A stretch of DNA of 64,000 nt. Source: a virus (Duplodnaviria > Caudoviricetes). A model generated the notes under the pieces. The model was not told the origin of the DNA, searched no databases, and was given only the letters and a program-made list of their open reading frames with translations. The stretch lies in IMG/VR virus record IMGVR_UViG_3300009095_000010, positions 32,001 through 96,000 of that record; one strand, written 5' to 3'. The translations under genes and the position numbers were made by a program. Positions 28,173 to 37,745 of the stretch are shown here, piece after piece. Within the stretch, counting starts at the first letter, position 1. Each line of letters begins with the position of its first letter.

Positions 28173-29159
28173 TTAAATAAGATGCCGATACTTAAACGGT
28201 ATCCACTTAAAGACCATACCAACGCCCTCTCCACGACTCGACCTTGTTACAATACCAGACATGTTTACTGTAGGATTCATTGAAGGAGAATAAGGTTCTT
28301 TAGATATAATCCAACGAGCTACACGGTTATCATAGTAATAGTAAGTCAATGAATTATCTGTTGGGTTGAAATGCGCTTTAAGAAAACCACCTTGAGGCGT
28401 AATGGTATCAACGTTCGTTAGGAGGGTTCCGTCTCTTGCCCTTGCAGGATCCTCAAGATCAAAGTATGGTCTATTGATTTTAGGAATATCAGGATCGTAT
28501 TGTTCTTCTCTTGAGTCTTGAAAAATAACAAGTGCTCTAGGATCAAACAAAGGACCAGCTGCATTTGTTGAAATGGTTTGTGTGTTGTCGTTTCTAGGCT
28601 TTACCCACAACACACGAGCTGGAAGAGTTCCCAAACCTCTTCCCATTTGTCCTATCTGATCGGTTTCTGAAAATAGAACTTGATATTTTTCATTTGGGTT
28701 TTGGTATCCAGCATATCCATCAAAACCATCATAGCCCGTTGGAACTCTTGGTCCTTGCTGGTTGTCAACAACCTGACCGGCTGTGTTACCAAAACGTTGT
28801 CCTGGACTGAATGCTTCTGCGGGCGAACCAAAAGGATAGGTTGCCTTTCCTGCGACATTATCAAGACCGTAAACTTTATCGTGTGGGTGTCTTCCAGGAA
28901 CAATATTTGTTTTGTACTGCTGGGAAATAACAGGTGATGTATCTACACCATCAGTTGCAAATGCTTTTAATACGACACTGCCACTATTAGTTGGCATCTC
29001 TATTGGGCCAACAGCAACAGATGATGATATTGAAGGATCTGATCCATCAAGAGTATAAAAAATCGTTGCTGGTACATTAGAATCAAGAGTAACGTTTGAA
29101 GGTATTCCAGCTAATAATTGCAGCGGCGATTCTTTTATTGTAATTGTAATTGTAGCCAT
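28173..29159 (-). CDS. protein with chitobiase/beta-hexosaminidase C-terminal (FN3-like) domain, probable virion protein
   Basis: ATIFYTLDGSDP...LKAFA. Confidence 0.65.
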   Translation of the reverse strand: MATITITIKESPLQLLAGIPSNVTLDSNVPATIFYTLDGSDPSISSSVAVGPIEMPTNSGSVVLKAFATDGVDTSPVISQQYKTNIVPGRHPHDKVYGLDNVAGKATYPFGSPAEAFSPGQRFGNTAGQVVDNQQGPRVPTGYDGFDGYAGYQNPNEKYQVLFSETDQIGQMGRGLGTLPARVLWVKPRNDNTQTISTNAAGPLFDPRALVIFQDSREEQYDPDIPKINRPYFDLEDPARARDGTLLTNVDTITPQGGFLKAHFNPTDNSLTYYYYDNRVARWIISKEPYSPSMNPTVNMSGIVTRSSRGEGVGMVFKWIPFKYRHLI

Positions 29160-29179
29160 GTACTTTAAATAAGCAATTA

Positions 29180-29491
29180 TTAGTGAACTATATCCAGAAA
29201 CCTTTTATTATTTTTGTAGTTCTTGTTCTTTCTTTTACTTTCTCGATAAATACAATGAGCTGCCCTTCGCAAAATTCTTCCTATAACGAAGTAGTTGCGA
29301 TTACCTGTGGTACGAAACAAAGCAAAAAATGCCTCGGATTGATCAAGCATCATCTCTTCAGGGTACTCAAGGTGTTTACGAGCTAACACGCCAGTTCTGA
29401 GAATGTGCTTGAAAAATTTCTCCGCCCCAACATCTTTAAGTAAGGTTTCGTACTCTTCTCGAATACGTTTGGTAACTCTCATAAGCATCAA
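29180..29491 (-). CDS. hypothetical basic protein
   Basis: 103 aa; SD AGGAG upstream of TTG/ATG. Confidence 0.6.
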   Translation of the reverse strand: MMLMRVTKRIREEYETLLKDVGAEKFFKHILRTGVLARKHLEYPEEMMLDQSEAFFALFRTTGNRNYFVIGRILRRAAHCIYRESKRKNKNYKNNKRFLDIVH

Positions 29492-29532
29492 CTGGTTACT
29501 TACTCTCCTATGCTGATACCAATTGATGCCTA
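29482..29532 (-). promoter_or_regulatory. 15-bp mRNA hairpin sequestering the start codon, with the SD in the loop
   Basis: UAGGCAUCAAUUGGU pairs with ACCAGUUGAUGCUUA. Both DNA mismatches are G-U pairs on the minus strand only. Confidence 0.55.
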
Positions 29533-29565
29533 TTTAGTTTATTTCAAAACGGTTTCTTTTTCTAT

Positions 29566-29696
29566 CTAACCATATAATTCTAAACAATAAGTAGCTCGAT
29601 CAATCAAACAACCATCAGCAGCTAACATTCCAGCCCAATAAAATGAAAGCTCATTATCTTTTGAAAAGAAAGATTCATTGAATGGTATTTTTTCAT
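29566..29696 (-). pseudogene. truncated, frameshifted LAGLIDADG endonuclease remnant
   Basis: ATG AAA AAA TAC, then a 1-nt shift into FNESFFSKDNELSFYWAGMLAADGCL, then an early stop. Confidence 0.6.
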
Positions 29697-30358
29697 AGTG
29701 AGTTAGCAAACCTATCAATAATACTTTGTAAGTCATCAAGTGTTCCTGTATTCTGAACAACAAGATCAAACTGGTCGTCTGGTATTGATTCCATTTCAAT
29801 TTCAGATTGATGCTTTCCAAAATCGCCTTGTAATCCAGCCCCAGGGCGAATCACTCGTACCAATTTACCACCAGCTTCTTTGATGAATTGAATTTCGTTT
29901 TTGAAACGAACATCAGCAATTACAACAGCTTTAACTTGCTCAGGGAATCCTTCGACTGTTTCAAACTCACCTTGTGGGTATTGTGAAATGTAAGGCTGCA
30001 ATCCAATAGATGGGGAGTAACACCACTCTTTCTTTGTTGTCAGAAGCACTGTTGAAATCTTAATTGCATACCGAATCCAAACATCATAATCCAAGGCGCG
30101 ACCACCCTCGGTACCAAGATGTTGTAATACTTTCCTTGCTGTAAGGAACTCGTCCCCAATTGGATACCTTTCATCTGGTCTGTTTCTATTTTCACTCGAA
30201 CCCCAGAGCTGTTCATCTGAAAAATCCCAAAGCTCTTTTGAAAATCGTTTGATGGGATCAGCTAGAGAAATCTTTATGAATCCATCTTTAGCCAATAACA
30301 TATCAGCTGCCGTGTCTTTACCCGAACCGGCTTGTCCGCTTATACCAATAATATTCAT
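29693..30358 (-). CDS. deoxynucleoside monophosphate kinase
   Basis: IIGISGQAGSGKDT; LADPIK; RKVLQHLGTE.GR; DVRFKNE; HQSE. Confidence 0.9.
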   Translation of the reverse strand: MNIIGISGQAGSGKDTAADMLLAKDGFIKISLADPIKRFSKELWDFSDEQLWGSSENRNRPDERYPIGDEFLTARKVLQHLGTEGGRALDYDVWIRYAIKISTVLLTTKKEWCYSPSIGLQPYISQYPQGEFETVEGFPEQVKAVVIADVRFKNEIQFIKEAGGKLVRVIRPGAGLQGDFGKHQSEIEMESIPDDQFDLVVQNTGTLDDLQSIIDRFANSL

Positions 30359-30402
30359 ATTACACCTACCTTGACGGCACGCTAAACCCCTGACGCTCTT
30401 TT

Positions 30403-30995
30403 TTAGAAATCCTTATACCTATGCGGTAACTCATTGATAAATATCCAGTGTGCAGATGCATATCCAAAATCACCTACAGGTGCTTTAGCAACCTCTTCTC
30501 CAGTAGCAAAACCACAGAATGAATATGTTCTATCATCCCAAAACTTAACTGCGGCATACTGATCTAGTTTTTTGAATTCACTAATCTTTACCAACATTCT
30601 ACAACGCTGTACATTACTATCTGGTGGAATGGCTTTAATCTCAATACTCTCTCCACACACCTCGGCATCCCAATCTGGAAGTTCAGATATATTTTCAGTA
30701 TAAAGTGGTACAAACTTAGACCACCTTTCTAATCCAATCTCTTTTACGCGCTCTCGAAATGCTATTTGTCCCAACGATCCGAAAATTTCATCAGCATATT
30801 CACCCTTGTTTGGGTCATACCAATGTTTTTTGACCCAAACCCTGCATGAAATTGTCTTCGGGCTTTCGCAGTTTCAATTGCTTCTTCAAACCAAATATCT
30901 TTGATAGTATGAATCAGAAATTTTTTACCCCTATAAACTATAAGATCCTGAACAAACGTTGGATTATATCTTTCATAGCTTTGTAATTCAGACAC
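30403..30995 (-). pseudogene. restriction-endonuclease-like protein split by a -1 frameshift at 30826-30831
   Basis: Joined reading ..GFGSKK-HWYDPNKGEYADEIFGSLGQIAF..PDWD..IEIK; GTG start 30995. Confidence 0.55.
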
Positions 30996-31728
30996 TTTTC
31001 TCTCTTTGAAAATTCCAATCACGCCAGCCGCCGTATCTAATTCGAGTGCTAAGAACACTTTCGATAAGCTCACCAACACCATCTGGAATACTTCTAGCAG
31101 GACCAGAGTAGCTATAAGTTCCATCCACTCCACAGTCCCAAGAGTTTTCTCCTTTACCCTGATGTGGGATTGGTTCCTCTAACTCAATGTCTATGCTCTT
31201 TTGAACCTTAGAAAACCATCTTGGACGAGACCAAGTATCCAAACACAGTTTAGCTTTAGCTTTGTAAGAACGCTCAGGCATAGGAACCTCTACATCCCTG
31301 GACTCAAGAACTTGTCGAGAGTACTTTGGCTTACCCAGCAGACCATCAATTACATTGATTGTAGTTGACCACCACTTAGGATCGTTTGAATCCCACTCCA
31401 TAGGATCTTTCCAAAGGTCAATCCAAATAGATCCGTCATGGACAGCGACACCTATGGTGCGTCCATTTCCATAACGTCTTTCTTTTCTTTTTGTTTTTTT
31501 CTGTATGAAATTAGATAGTTTGTAATTCTCATACGACAAATACAAACTAAACAAACCAACACCTACAGAAAACTGAACAGCCTCATCATGTGTACCAAGC
31601 TCAACTCTAAGCTGATAATTACCAGAAGGTACAGCCCACTCAGCTCTGAAAGAGCCCAACCAACATCTTCCGTGTTCCAAGTACTTCTTAGGAGTACTAT
31701 CATTTAAATCTTGATAATGAAATCTCAT
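30988..31728 (-). CDS. hypothetical Trp-rich protein
   Basis: ORF track 30988..31743; likely ATG 31728. Confidence 0.65.
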   Translation of the reverse strand: MRFHYQDLNDSTPKKYLEHGRCWLGSFRAEWAVPSGNYQLRVELGTHDEAVQFSVGVGLFSLYLSYENYKLSNFIQKKTKRKERRYGNGRTIGVAVHDGSIWIDLWKDPMEWDSNDPKWWSTTINVIDGLLGKPKYSRQVLESRDVEVPMPERSYKAKAKLCLDTWSRPRWFSKVQKSIDIELEEPIPHQGKGENSWDCGVDGTYSYSGPARSIPDGVGELIESVLSTRIRYGGWRDWNFQREKSV

Positions 31729-31729
31729 A

Positions 31730-33871
31730 TTACCACGTTCCAACTAATCTTGCTTCTGCTCCATCCTCTCCTTCTTCTACAAGGATTGCATGAGAGAACT
31801 TATCTTTTAAATCTTTGTTGTGCGTAATTACAAATATAGTAAAATCTTTTTGCCATTTACGTATGGCATCTGCGAACGCATCAACACCAGCATCATCTAG
31901 ATGAGAATCTACCTCATCAAACTCAAGCATACGAATATCAATACCTAGACGTTTCTGAATCACACGCGCAGTGCCTCGCTTAAAAGCAAGAGCAATATAT
32001 ACATGTTGTCCATGTGACAACTGAGCATAATCTCTCTCGACTCCGTTTCTCCTGTAAGTGAAATTCAGATCGGAATCAATTTGAACATCTAACTCAGGAC
32101 GTAACTCTTTTAGTGCAGAATTGGCCTCAAACTGAAGCTCATCTAGAACAGTTTGAATAATAAAGCTTGGAATGCCCCTATTACTAAAAGCATCAACTAC
32201 CATTTGTGATATTTTAAGTTCACGCCTAACTTTTTGAAGATCACTAGAAAGATCAGTTAACTTTTCTTTGTCTTTCTTTCTATTAGATATACGCTCTTCA
32301 AGCCCACCACGAACAGAGCTTAGACTTGAAACTCTGTTGTTCAGCTCGGTTATCGAATCTTGAAGTTGAGATATGCTTTGATTTAATTTGATAATCTTAT
32401 CATTTATTGCTGGCGCGTCTGATTTACCAGCAGATTCACGTAACGTTTCAAGATGTTCAGAAACTTCTTTAACTTGATTCTCATCACTGTTTAGTTTGTT
32501 GGTTGTTTCTTTTTGATCGTTGTACAATCTAGAGACATCTTCCATCCATGATTTCTGATTCTCTTTCATGTTTTTGATTTTGATTTCAAGCTGCTCAATA
32601 CGATTCGTACGCTCTCGCTCAGAGCGAAGAGTTGCGTCTAACCTCCCCTTCTTTTTTTTGCATTTATTAAGAGCATCTTCATAAAAATCAATATCAACCT
32701 GAAGCTTCTTGAGTTTTAAATTCACATCATCAGACATCTTCTGACGATACTCGGAAGTAATACTCTGATGACATGTCGGACATTCATCACTATCTGGAAG
32801 AGACTTTTGAGTCAGATTCATTTGTGCCTTGATACCAGCAAGAATCTCGGATCCTTTTACCTCATCACGGCTGACTTTATCTAGCTTTTCTTGTAGGTCT
32901 TTAACATCAACAATAGGCTCAATGGTAAGTTTATCCAAATCTCTTTGTGATGTTTCAATATTTAAAACACCATCGGATATTGAAAGCTCTTTTGTTTTTA
33001 TAAGCGCTGACAGATCGGTCAGCCGCTTATCGTGAGACTTGACATTCTCCTTCAACTTCTTGAGAATACTTTCCTTCTCGGATAATTTTTTATGTATATC
33101 GATATCCTGCTGACCTAAAGATTGCTTTAAATCATCTACAGCTAATCGCTTTTGCTTAAGCGAATCTTCTGCTACAAGAATTTGATTTTTATGATTCTCT
33201 ATAGATTCAGCAGTCTCTATTAAATCTAACTCAGCCTTCTTTATATCAACATCAGGATCTCCAATTACAGCAATAGATCCTTCAATAGAATCAATCTTTC
33301 TTTTAAGCGGCCTACGCTTATCAACAGCCATCTCTTCAAGCTTGGTGTATGTACTTAGGTTCAGCGGCTCTTTGAGAATCTCTTTACGCTTCTTAGGATC
33401 CTCAACAGAAGTGATTCCAGTTAGATCCGCCTGTCTAAAAAGAACAGAATATGTAAATGCTTTATGAGATATCTTGATCTTATTTCGTATCAGCGTATCT
33501 GTAGCTGTTGGAGTTCTTTCAGAGATTGATTCGAACTCATTGTTTATCTTCTTATACAGACGAACATCCGCTGAACCTGTTGCTGTTCTGTGTCTATAAA
33601 TACGATAGATTTCTCCAGCCAACTCGAAATCAAACTCAACAACGGCTTTTTTCTTACCGTCACGCACAATCTTATCCAACGTAGTTGCATGAGACTGATT
33701 GAACAAAGCATACTCTATAGCTCGAAAGATTGTTGTCTTACCAACGCCATTGGATATGCGATCATTCTTTTTGTTCTTACCAACAATCAAAACGCTCTGG
33801 AAATTGGTACAATCAATTTCCGTCTGGCGGTGATTCATGAAGTTCTTTAAGAAAACTCTTAGTGGTCTCAT
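31730..33871 (-). CDS. sbcC: SbcC/Rad50/gp46 ATPase
   Basis: NFMNH; SNGVGKTT; Q-loop; coiled coils; CPTC hook; LSHGQ; EFDE; ITH. Confidence 0.93.
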   Translation of the reverse strand: MRPLRVFLKNFMNHRQTEIDCTNFQSVLIVGKNKKNDRISNGVGKTTIFRAIEYALFNQSHATTLDKIVRDGKKKAVVEFDFELAGEIYRIYRHRTATGSADVRLYKKINNEFESISERTPTATDTLIRNKIKISHKAFTYSVLFRQADLTGITSVEDPKKRKEILKEPLNLSTYTKLEEMAVDKRRPLKRKIDSIEGSIAVIGDPDVDIKKAELDLIETAESIENHKNQILVAEDSLKQKRLAVDDLKQSLGQQDIDIHKKLSEKESILKKLKENVKSHDKRLTDLSALIKTKELSISDGVLNIETSQRDLDKLTIEPIVDVKDLQEKLDKVSRDEVKGSEILAGIKAQMNLTQKSLPDSDECPTCHQSITSEYRQKMSDDVNLKLKKLQVDIDFYEDALNKCKKKKGRLDATLRSERERTNRIEQLEIKIKNMKENQKSWMEDVSRLYNDQKETTNKLNSDENQVKEVSEHLETLRESAGKSDAPAINDKIIKLNQSISQLQDSITELNNRVSSLSSVRGGLEERISNRKKDKEKLTDLSSDLQKVRRELKISQMVVDAFSNRGIPSFIIQTVLDELQFEANSALKELRPELDVQIDSDLNFTYRRNGVERDYAQLSHGQHVYIALAFKRGTARVIQKRLGIDIRMLEFDEVDSHLDDAGVDAFADAIRKWQKDFTIFVITHNKDLKDKFSHAILVEEGEDGAEARLVGTW

Positions 33872-35079
33872 TGTAGATACTTATCCTCATAAGCTAAACG
33901 AACTTCATGAGCAGCTGCTTTGAATTCTTCGCGTTCCTGATCGTTTTCAAAATGGGCCCTTGTCTCGGCCCATTTGTTGATTGTATCTCCAATCTCCATT
34001 GTGTTATCAAACAAATCTTCAGGATTGATTTCTATTGATGATAGAGTTCTCACCTCCGAGAACCCACAGATATGATGAACGTTAAGATTGTTCAAGAGAT
34101 ATGAATGAACCTTATCCCTATCAACATTCTCTAATTCCGCCCCTGTAAGTTGAATATCTAAACGAACAAGATTGGACTTCAGATCTAGCTTCTTAGATAG
34201 AAGACAAAGTTCGTTTATTACAAACTCAGTTGACTCTTTGCCTGGAGGTACATCTATTTTGATTGGTCTCAGGTTTCTAGTTGGAATAGTCAACTCATGA
34301 AACTTAGGTGTTGCTTTTGAGTCTAAGGCAATGGCTATCTTGTTATGCTCAAGCTCTGTCTTAGAGAAATCAGATCTGTCTAGACTTCCAATATGAGCTA
34401 CATACGGGTTTTTCTGAAGTACTTGAGGGTGATGAATGTGACCCATCCAAACATAATCAAACCATGCAAACATCTCTGTTGGAACATAAAGTTCGTTTAA
34501 ATAATCAGAAATCTCATCACCAACAGAAAGAGATCCTTCTATGGCAAGATGACCAATACAAATCTTTGGCTTCTTGGAAGGTTCTTTAATTACAACCGAC
34601 AGCTCTTGTTCAAGCTTCTTGAGAGCATCTTCCTTAGAATCAACCTCATACATTCTCTTATCTCTAAAAGGAACAAGAACAATGGTAAAATCATCAAGCT
34701 CTATTCTTGTTACATTTTTATAAACAGTAGCTCCTTCAAGCTCCAATTCCGAAACCAAATCCAAAGCTGATACTACATACTGGCCGCTACGAAGAATATC
34801 ATGATTACCCATTACAATATGAACCTGTACGCCGCCACGCTCACACTTCTTGAGCCAACGCATAAAGATTCCAATAACAGCTGGGTGCGGTCTAAAATCT
34901 TGGTAAACATCACCTGTCAGTACAATATGTTTAATACTTCTTGACTTACATTCGTTATAAGCCCAATCCAATAAATCTACTTGATCTTGTATACGAGAAT
35001 TTAACTTTCCAAGCTCAGCTGGTTTGCCCATAGAAATTCCACGACCTATATGAAGATCACCCAGTATAAGTACACTCAT
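33868..35079 (-). CDS. sbcD: SbcD/Mre11/gp47 nuclease
   Basis: GDLH, TGD, GNHD, GH, GHIH, GS. Confidence 0.92.
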   Translation of the reverse strand: MSVLILGDLHIGRGISMGKPAELGKLNSRIQDQVDLLDWAYNECKSRSIKHIVLTGDVYQDFRPHPAVIGIFMRWLKKCERGGVQVHIVMGNHDILRSGQYVVSALDLVSELELEGATVYKNVTRIELDDFTIVLVPFRDKRMYEVDSKEDALKKLEQELSVVIKEPSKKPKICIGHLAIEGSLSVGDEISDYLNELYVPTEMFAWFDYVWMGHIHHPQVLQKNPYVAHIGSLDRSDFSKTELEHNKIAIALDSKATPKFHELTIPTRNLRPIKIDVPPGKESTEFVINELCLLSKKLDLKSNLVRLDIQLTGAELENVDRDKVHSYLLNNLNVHHICGFSEVRTLSSIEINPEDLFDNTMEIGDTINKWAETRAHFENDQEREEFKAAAHEVRLAYEDKYLQ

Positions 35080-35267
35080 TAACTATTTTCCTTGAAATAT
35101 TTATCAATCAAATCAATAATGAAAATTTCAGCATTATGCCTTTGACTGAGAATCTCTCTAACCCTATTGAGATGTTTGCACCAATTATTTTCTTCTAATA
35201 ATTTATCGTCAGCCATTTCAAATGTTTTGGTTACAAGTGAAACAAGTTCGTCTCTAGACATTTCCAT
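35079..35267 (-). CDS. hypothetical protein
   Basis: 62 aa, coupled to both neighbours. Confidence 0.5.
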   Translation of the reverse strand: MEMSRDELVSLVTKTFEMADDKLLEENNWCKHLNRVREILSQRHNAEIFIIDLIDKYFKENS

Positions 35268-35892
35268 TTATCAAATCCTTAACCCTATCAAATCTGTATC
35301 TAAGATCGTCAGCTTTGATTTGGTTTGATGGCATCTTCATCATGTAGAAATCAAGCCACCAAATAAGCTTCTCAATCTCTTGTAACTTTTTAGAATCATG
35401 TTTATGATTTTGAATTTGTTCCTGTAGAAACTTAGAACCATCTAAAAAAATCGGAGCTAGATCATCTTCATAATCTTCACCATAATCTTTTAAGTCTGTA
35501 GATACATCATCCCCGTATTGGGAAAGAATTCTTTCAGCAACAGAAGTTCTTGTTACGCCTTCGTAAGCAGCAATAAACTCAACTGCTCGACCAGTAAAGT
35601 TACAACCAAAACAATGGGCATGATCTCCAATAAAGTTATACCCAAATGATGGTGTCCTCTCCTTAGCGCCTTTATGAGACGGCAGAGGACATGTAATATT
35701 GTTACTCCAACTTGGTCTTTGATAGTTCTTATCTATTTTGAAACCATAGTGTCGAAGTATATCTAGTAACCTAACCTTCTTATTTGCGTTCTTTATGTGA
35801 GCAAACTTTTCATCAAAGTTTCCAGAACTTGAATCTTGGCTGTTACTACCGCTTCCGGTATTGGGTCCGGTTCTATTTGAAACTTTACGCAT
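35254..35892 (-). CDS. stand-alone CHC2 (primase-type) zinc-finger protein
   Basis: CPLPSH..ERTPSF..HCFGC..G..VEFI..YEG. Confidence 0.8.
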   Translation of the reverse strand: MRKVSNRTGPNTGSGSNSQDSSSGNFDEKFAHIKNANKKVRLLDILRHYGFKIDKNYQRPSWSNNITCPLPSHKGAKERTPSFGYNFIGDHAHCFGCNFTGRAVEFIAAYEGVTRTSVAERILSQYGDDVSTDLKDYGEDYEDDLAPIFLDGSKFLQEQIQNHKHDSKKLQEIEKLIWWLDFYMMKMPSNQIKADDLRYRFDRVKDLINGNV

Positions 35893-35972
35893 AGCCCTTT
35901 GTAAGAAAGCAAAGACTCCTTCTCTTCATTAATCATTTTGATTATTTTAGATCTGAGTTCGCTTCTTTCCAT
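35793..35972 (-). CDS. 59-aa ORF overlapping the CHC2 gene 5' end
   Basis: Translated by hand: MERSELRSKIIKMINEEKESLLSYKGLCVKFQIEPDPIPEAVVTAKIQVLETLMKSLLT. TAATG coupling with upstream gene. Confidence 0.5.
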   Translation of the reverse strand: MERSELRSKIIKMINEEKESLLSYKGLCVKFQIEPDPIPEAVVTAKIQVLETLMKSLLT

Positions 35973-36508
35973 TAGGAACCTGCGGGATGGGTCACACTCG
36001 ACGTGTTTCTTTTCTTTAGCTCACGCTTTAACTGTTCAAGTTCATACTCTAGAACATTTATTCTATCACGATAAATGAGAAGAACCTTGGTAACGGCACT
36101 AAGAAGAATAACAGATCCTTTTCCATTATCCTCTTCATTCTCATCGTTGTTTAAATCAAGAGCAAGTTGAATAATCTTTTGCCTGATTTCTCTCTCTACA
36201 TCATCACCAATACTTCCACGATTATGAGGGAGCGTTTTATCTTCCGACATCCTCATGTAGTTAGAGATTGTATCAAGGGTTGAATTTCCAGTATCAACAT
36301 GATACTTCACAGTCTGCTCTGCACGCTGCTCAAACCTGCGCATGTATTCTTCGCGCTCCTTCTTCTCTTGAGCAGCCTGTTCCGCAGCTTTGTTCTTTAG
36401 TTTAACTCCGCGAGTTGCGACAACTTCTTTATCAACATTCTGAAAACCCATTGATTTAGTTGGGTCTCTTGGAGCAACTACTGGTGGTTCAAATCTATTA
36501 CGAGGCAT
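35972..36508 (-). CDS. hypothetical protein
   Basis: ORF track to 36526; likely start MPRN. Confidence 0.65.
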   Translation of the reverse strand: MPRNRFEPPVVAPRDPTKSMGFQNVDKEVVATRGVKLKNKAAEQAAQEKKEREEYMRRFEQRAEQTVKYHVDTGNSTLDTISNYMRMSEDKTLPHNRGSIGDDVEREIRQKIIQLALDLNNDENEEDNGKGSVILLSAVTKVLLIYRDRINVLEYELEQLKRELKKRNTSSVTHPAGS

Positions 36509-36884
36509 CCTGTTCAATCTCCACAATCAATCTCTTCTCCCCGGGGACAAGAGGTTCATGTGGTCCTATAACATCTCCGCCAATTTTTGTTCGAACAGAA
36601 GATATTAAATCAGAAGCAAGAGACTCGATAACATCACCGATAGCTTTCGCATCTGCTGTTTTACCAAAATAATCTTGTGTTCTAATTGCCGCAGCCCAAA
36701 TCAAATTCTCTACATCCGCTTGTAAATCATCTGATGAATAAACATATTCCTCCAGGTCATCACGCAAAGGGTTATTATTTACCTGATGATTGATTTGACT
36801 CGCAACCTTATCAAACCCCTGAAAGCTTGCCTCTTGCGCCTGAGCCTCTAATCTCTTTTTAAGATTTTTCGAAATTGTTCGCAT
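36498..36884 (-). CDS. hypothetical protein
   Basis: 128 aa ORF. Confidence 0.65.
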   Translation of the reverse strand: MRTISKNLKKRLEAQAQEASFQGFDKVASQINHQVNNNPLRDDLEEYVYSSDDLQADVENLIWAAAIRTQDYFGKTADAKAIGDVIESLASDLISSVRTKIGGDVIGPHEPLVPGEKRLIVEIEQDAS

Positions 36885-37150
36885 TATTCATCTCCATAGA
36901 ATGGTGTTCCAGCCATCATCTCATCTACTTCCATATAACCATAATTGTGCGTGGACCTGTCCTTTGGACTAACATATCTCTGGCGTGGGCCATTCTGATT
37001 GAAAATTTTTGCCAAAGGAGTTTTAGAACTATCGATTTTGCCATCAAGAATCATCTCAATGATATGGAAAAGTCTTTGACGCCTCTCAGTTCTTAGGCGC
37101 TTTTCCATTTCGTTTTCAGCCTCTGATAGTTCCTTGTTTGGTTCACTCAT
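36884..37150 (-). CDS. hypothetical protein
   Basis: 88 aa ORF. Confidence 0.55.
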   Translation of the reverse strand: MSEPNKELSEAENEMEKRLRTERRQRLFHIIEMILDGKIDSSKTPLAKIFNQNGPRQRYVSPKDRSTHNYGYMEVDEMMAGTPFYGDE

Positions 37151-37164
37151 GCATTTATACTGCG

Positions 37165-37506
37165 TTATTCCACACGCCTAAAGCCACCCTTCTTGGGATC
37201 TCCATTAAGCTTAGGGTTTTCATTTCCGTAAGCTGCATTCTCTTTCTCTTTGAGAATTTCATCCATACAAGCAACAACAGCTTTGCCAATAGCATCTGGA
37301 GTCATACCCTGAATGACCCGATACTTAATATCTTGGTAAATGGCCGTCTTCTCTTCACTTGTTAGGGCAAAGGAAACCTTTTTAGGCTCTAGTAGTTCAT
37401 CTTTATCAACCGTAATTTGAAGGCCTTCTTCCGAGTACCCTCTGCGTTCCAAGTCTGTTAATTGGCCGGTTGCCAACCTCTGTACAATAGTTCCTTTTCC
37501 ACTCAT
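37165..37506 (-). CDS. hypothetical protein
   Basis: 113 aa ORF. Confidence 0.6.
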   Translation of the reverse strand: MSGKGTIVQRLATGQLTDLERRGYSEEGLQITVDKDELLEPKKVSFALTSEEKTAIYQDIKYRVIQGMTPDAIGKAVVACMDEILKEKENAAYGNENPKLNGDPKKGGFRRVE

Positions 37507-37745
37507 GCTATTCCTGATTGTGAATTAAAAGCATTGATTTGTTCCCGAATCAAGACTGGTGAGAATAACCTTTCAGCTTCCCTTGCTGATAAAACATACT
37601 CACTTGTTGCCATATCGATCTTGTTTTGGGTCTCCAGGGTCAGACCATCTGGCCCGGTTTTACCAAGCTCTTCCTCAAGAATATGCAGAGTTAACGCATT
37701 CACATAAAGATCGATTATAGATGGGTGAATAAAATAGAACTTCAT
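37503..37745 (-). CDS. hypothetical protein
   Basis: 80 aa, coupled. Confidence 0.55.
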   Translation of the reverse strand: MKFYFIHPSIIDLYVNALTLHILEEELGKTGPDGLTLETQNKIDMATSEYVLSAREAERLFSPVLIREQINAFNSQSGIA

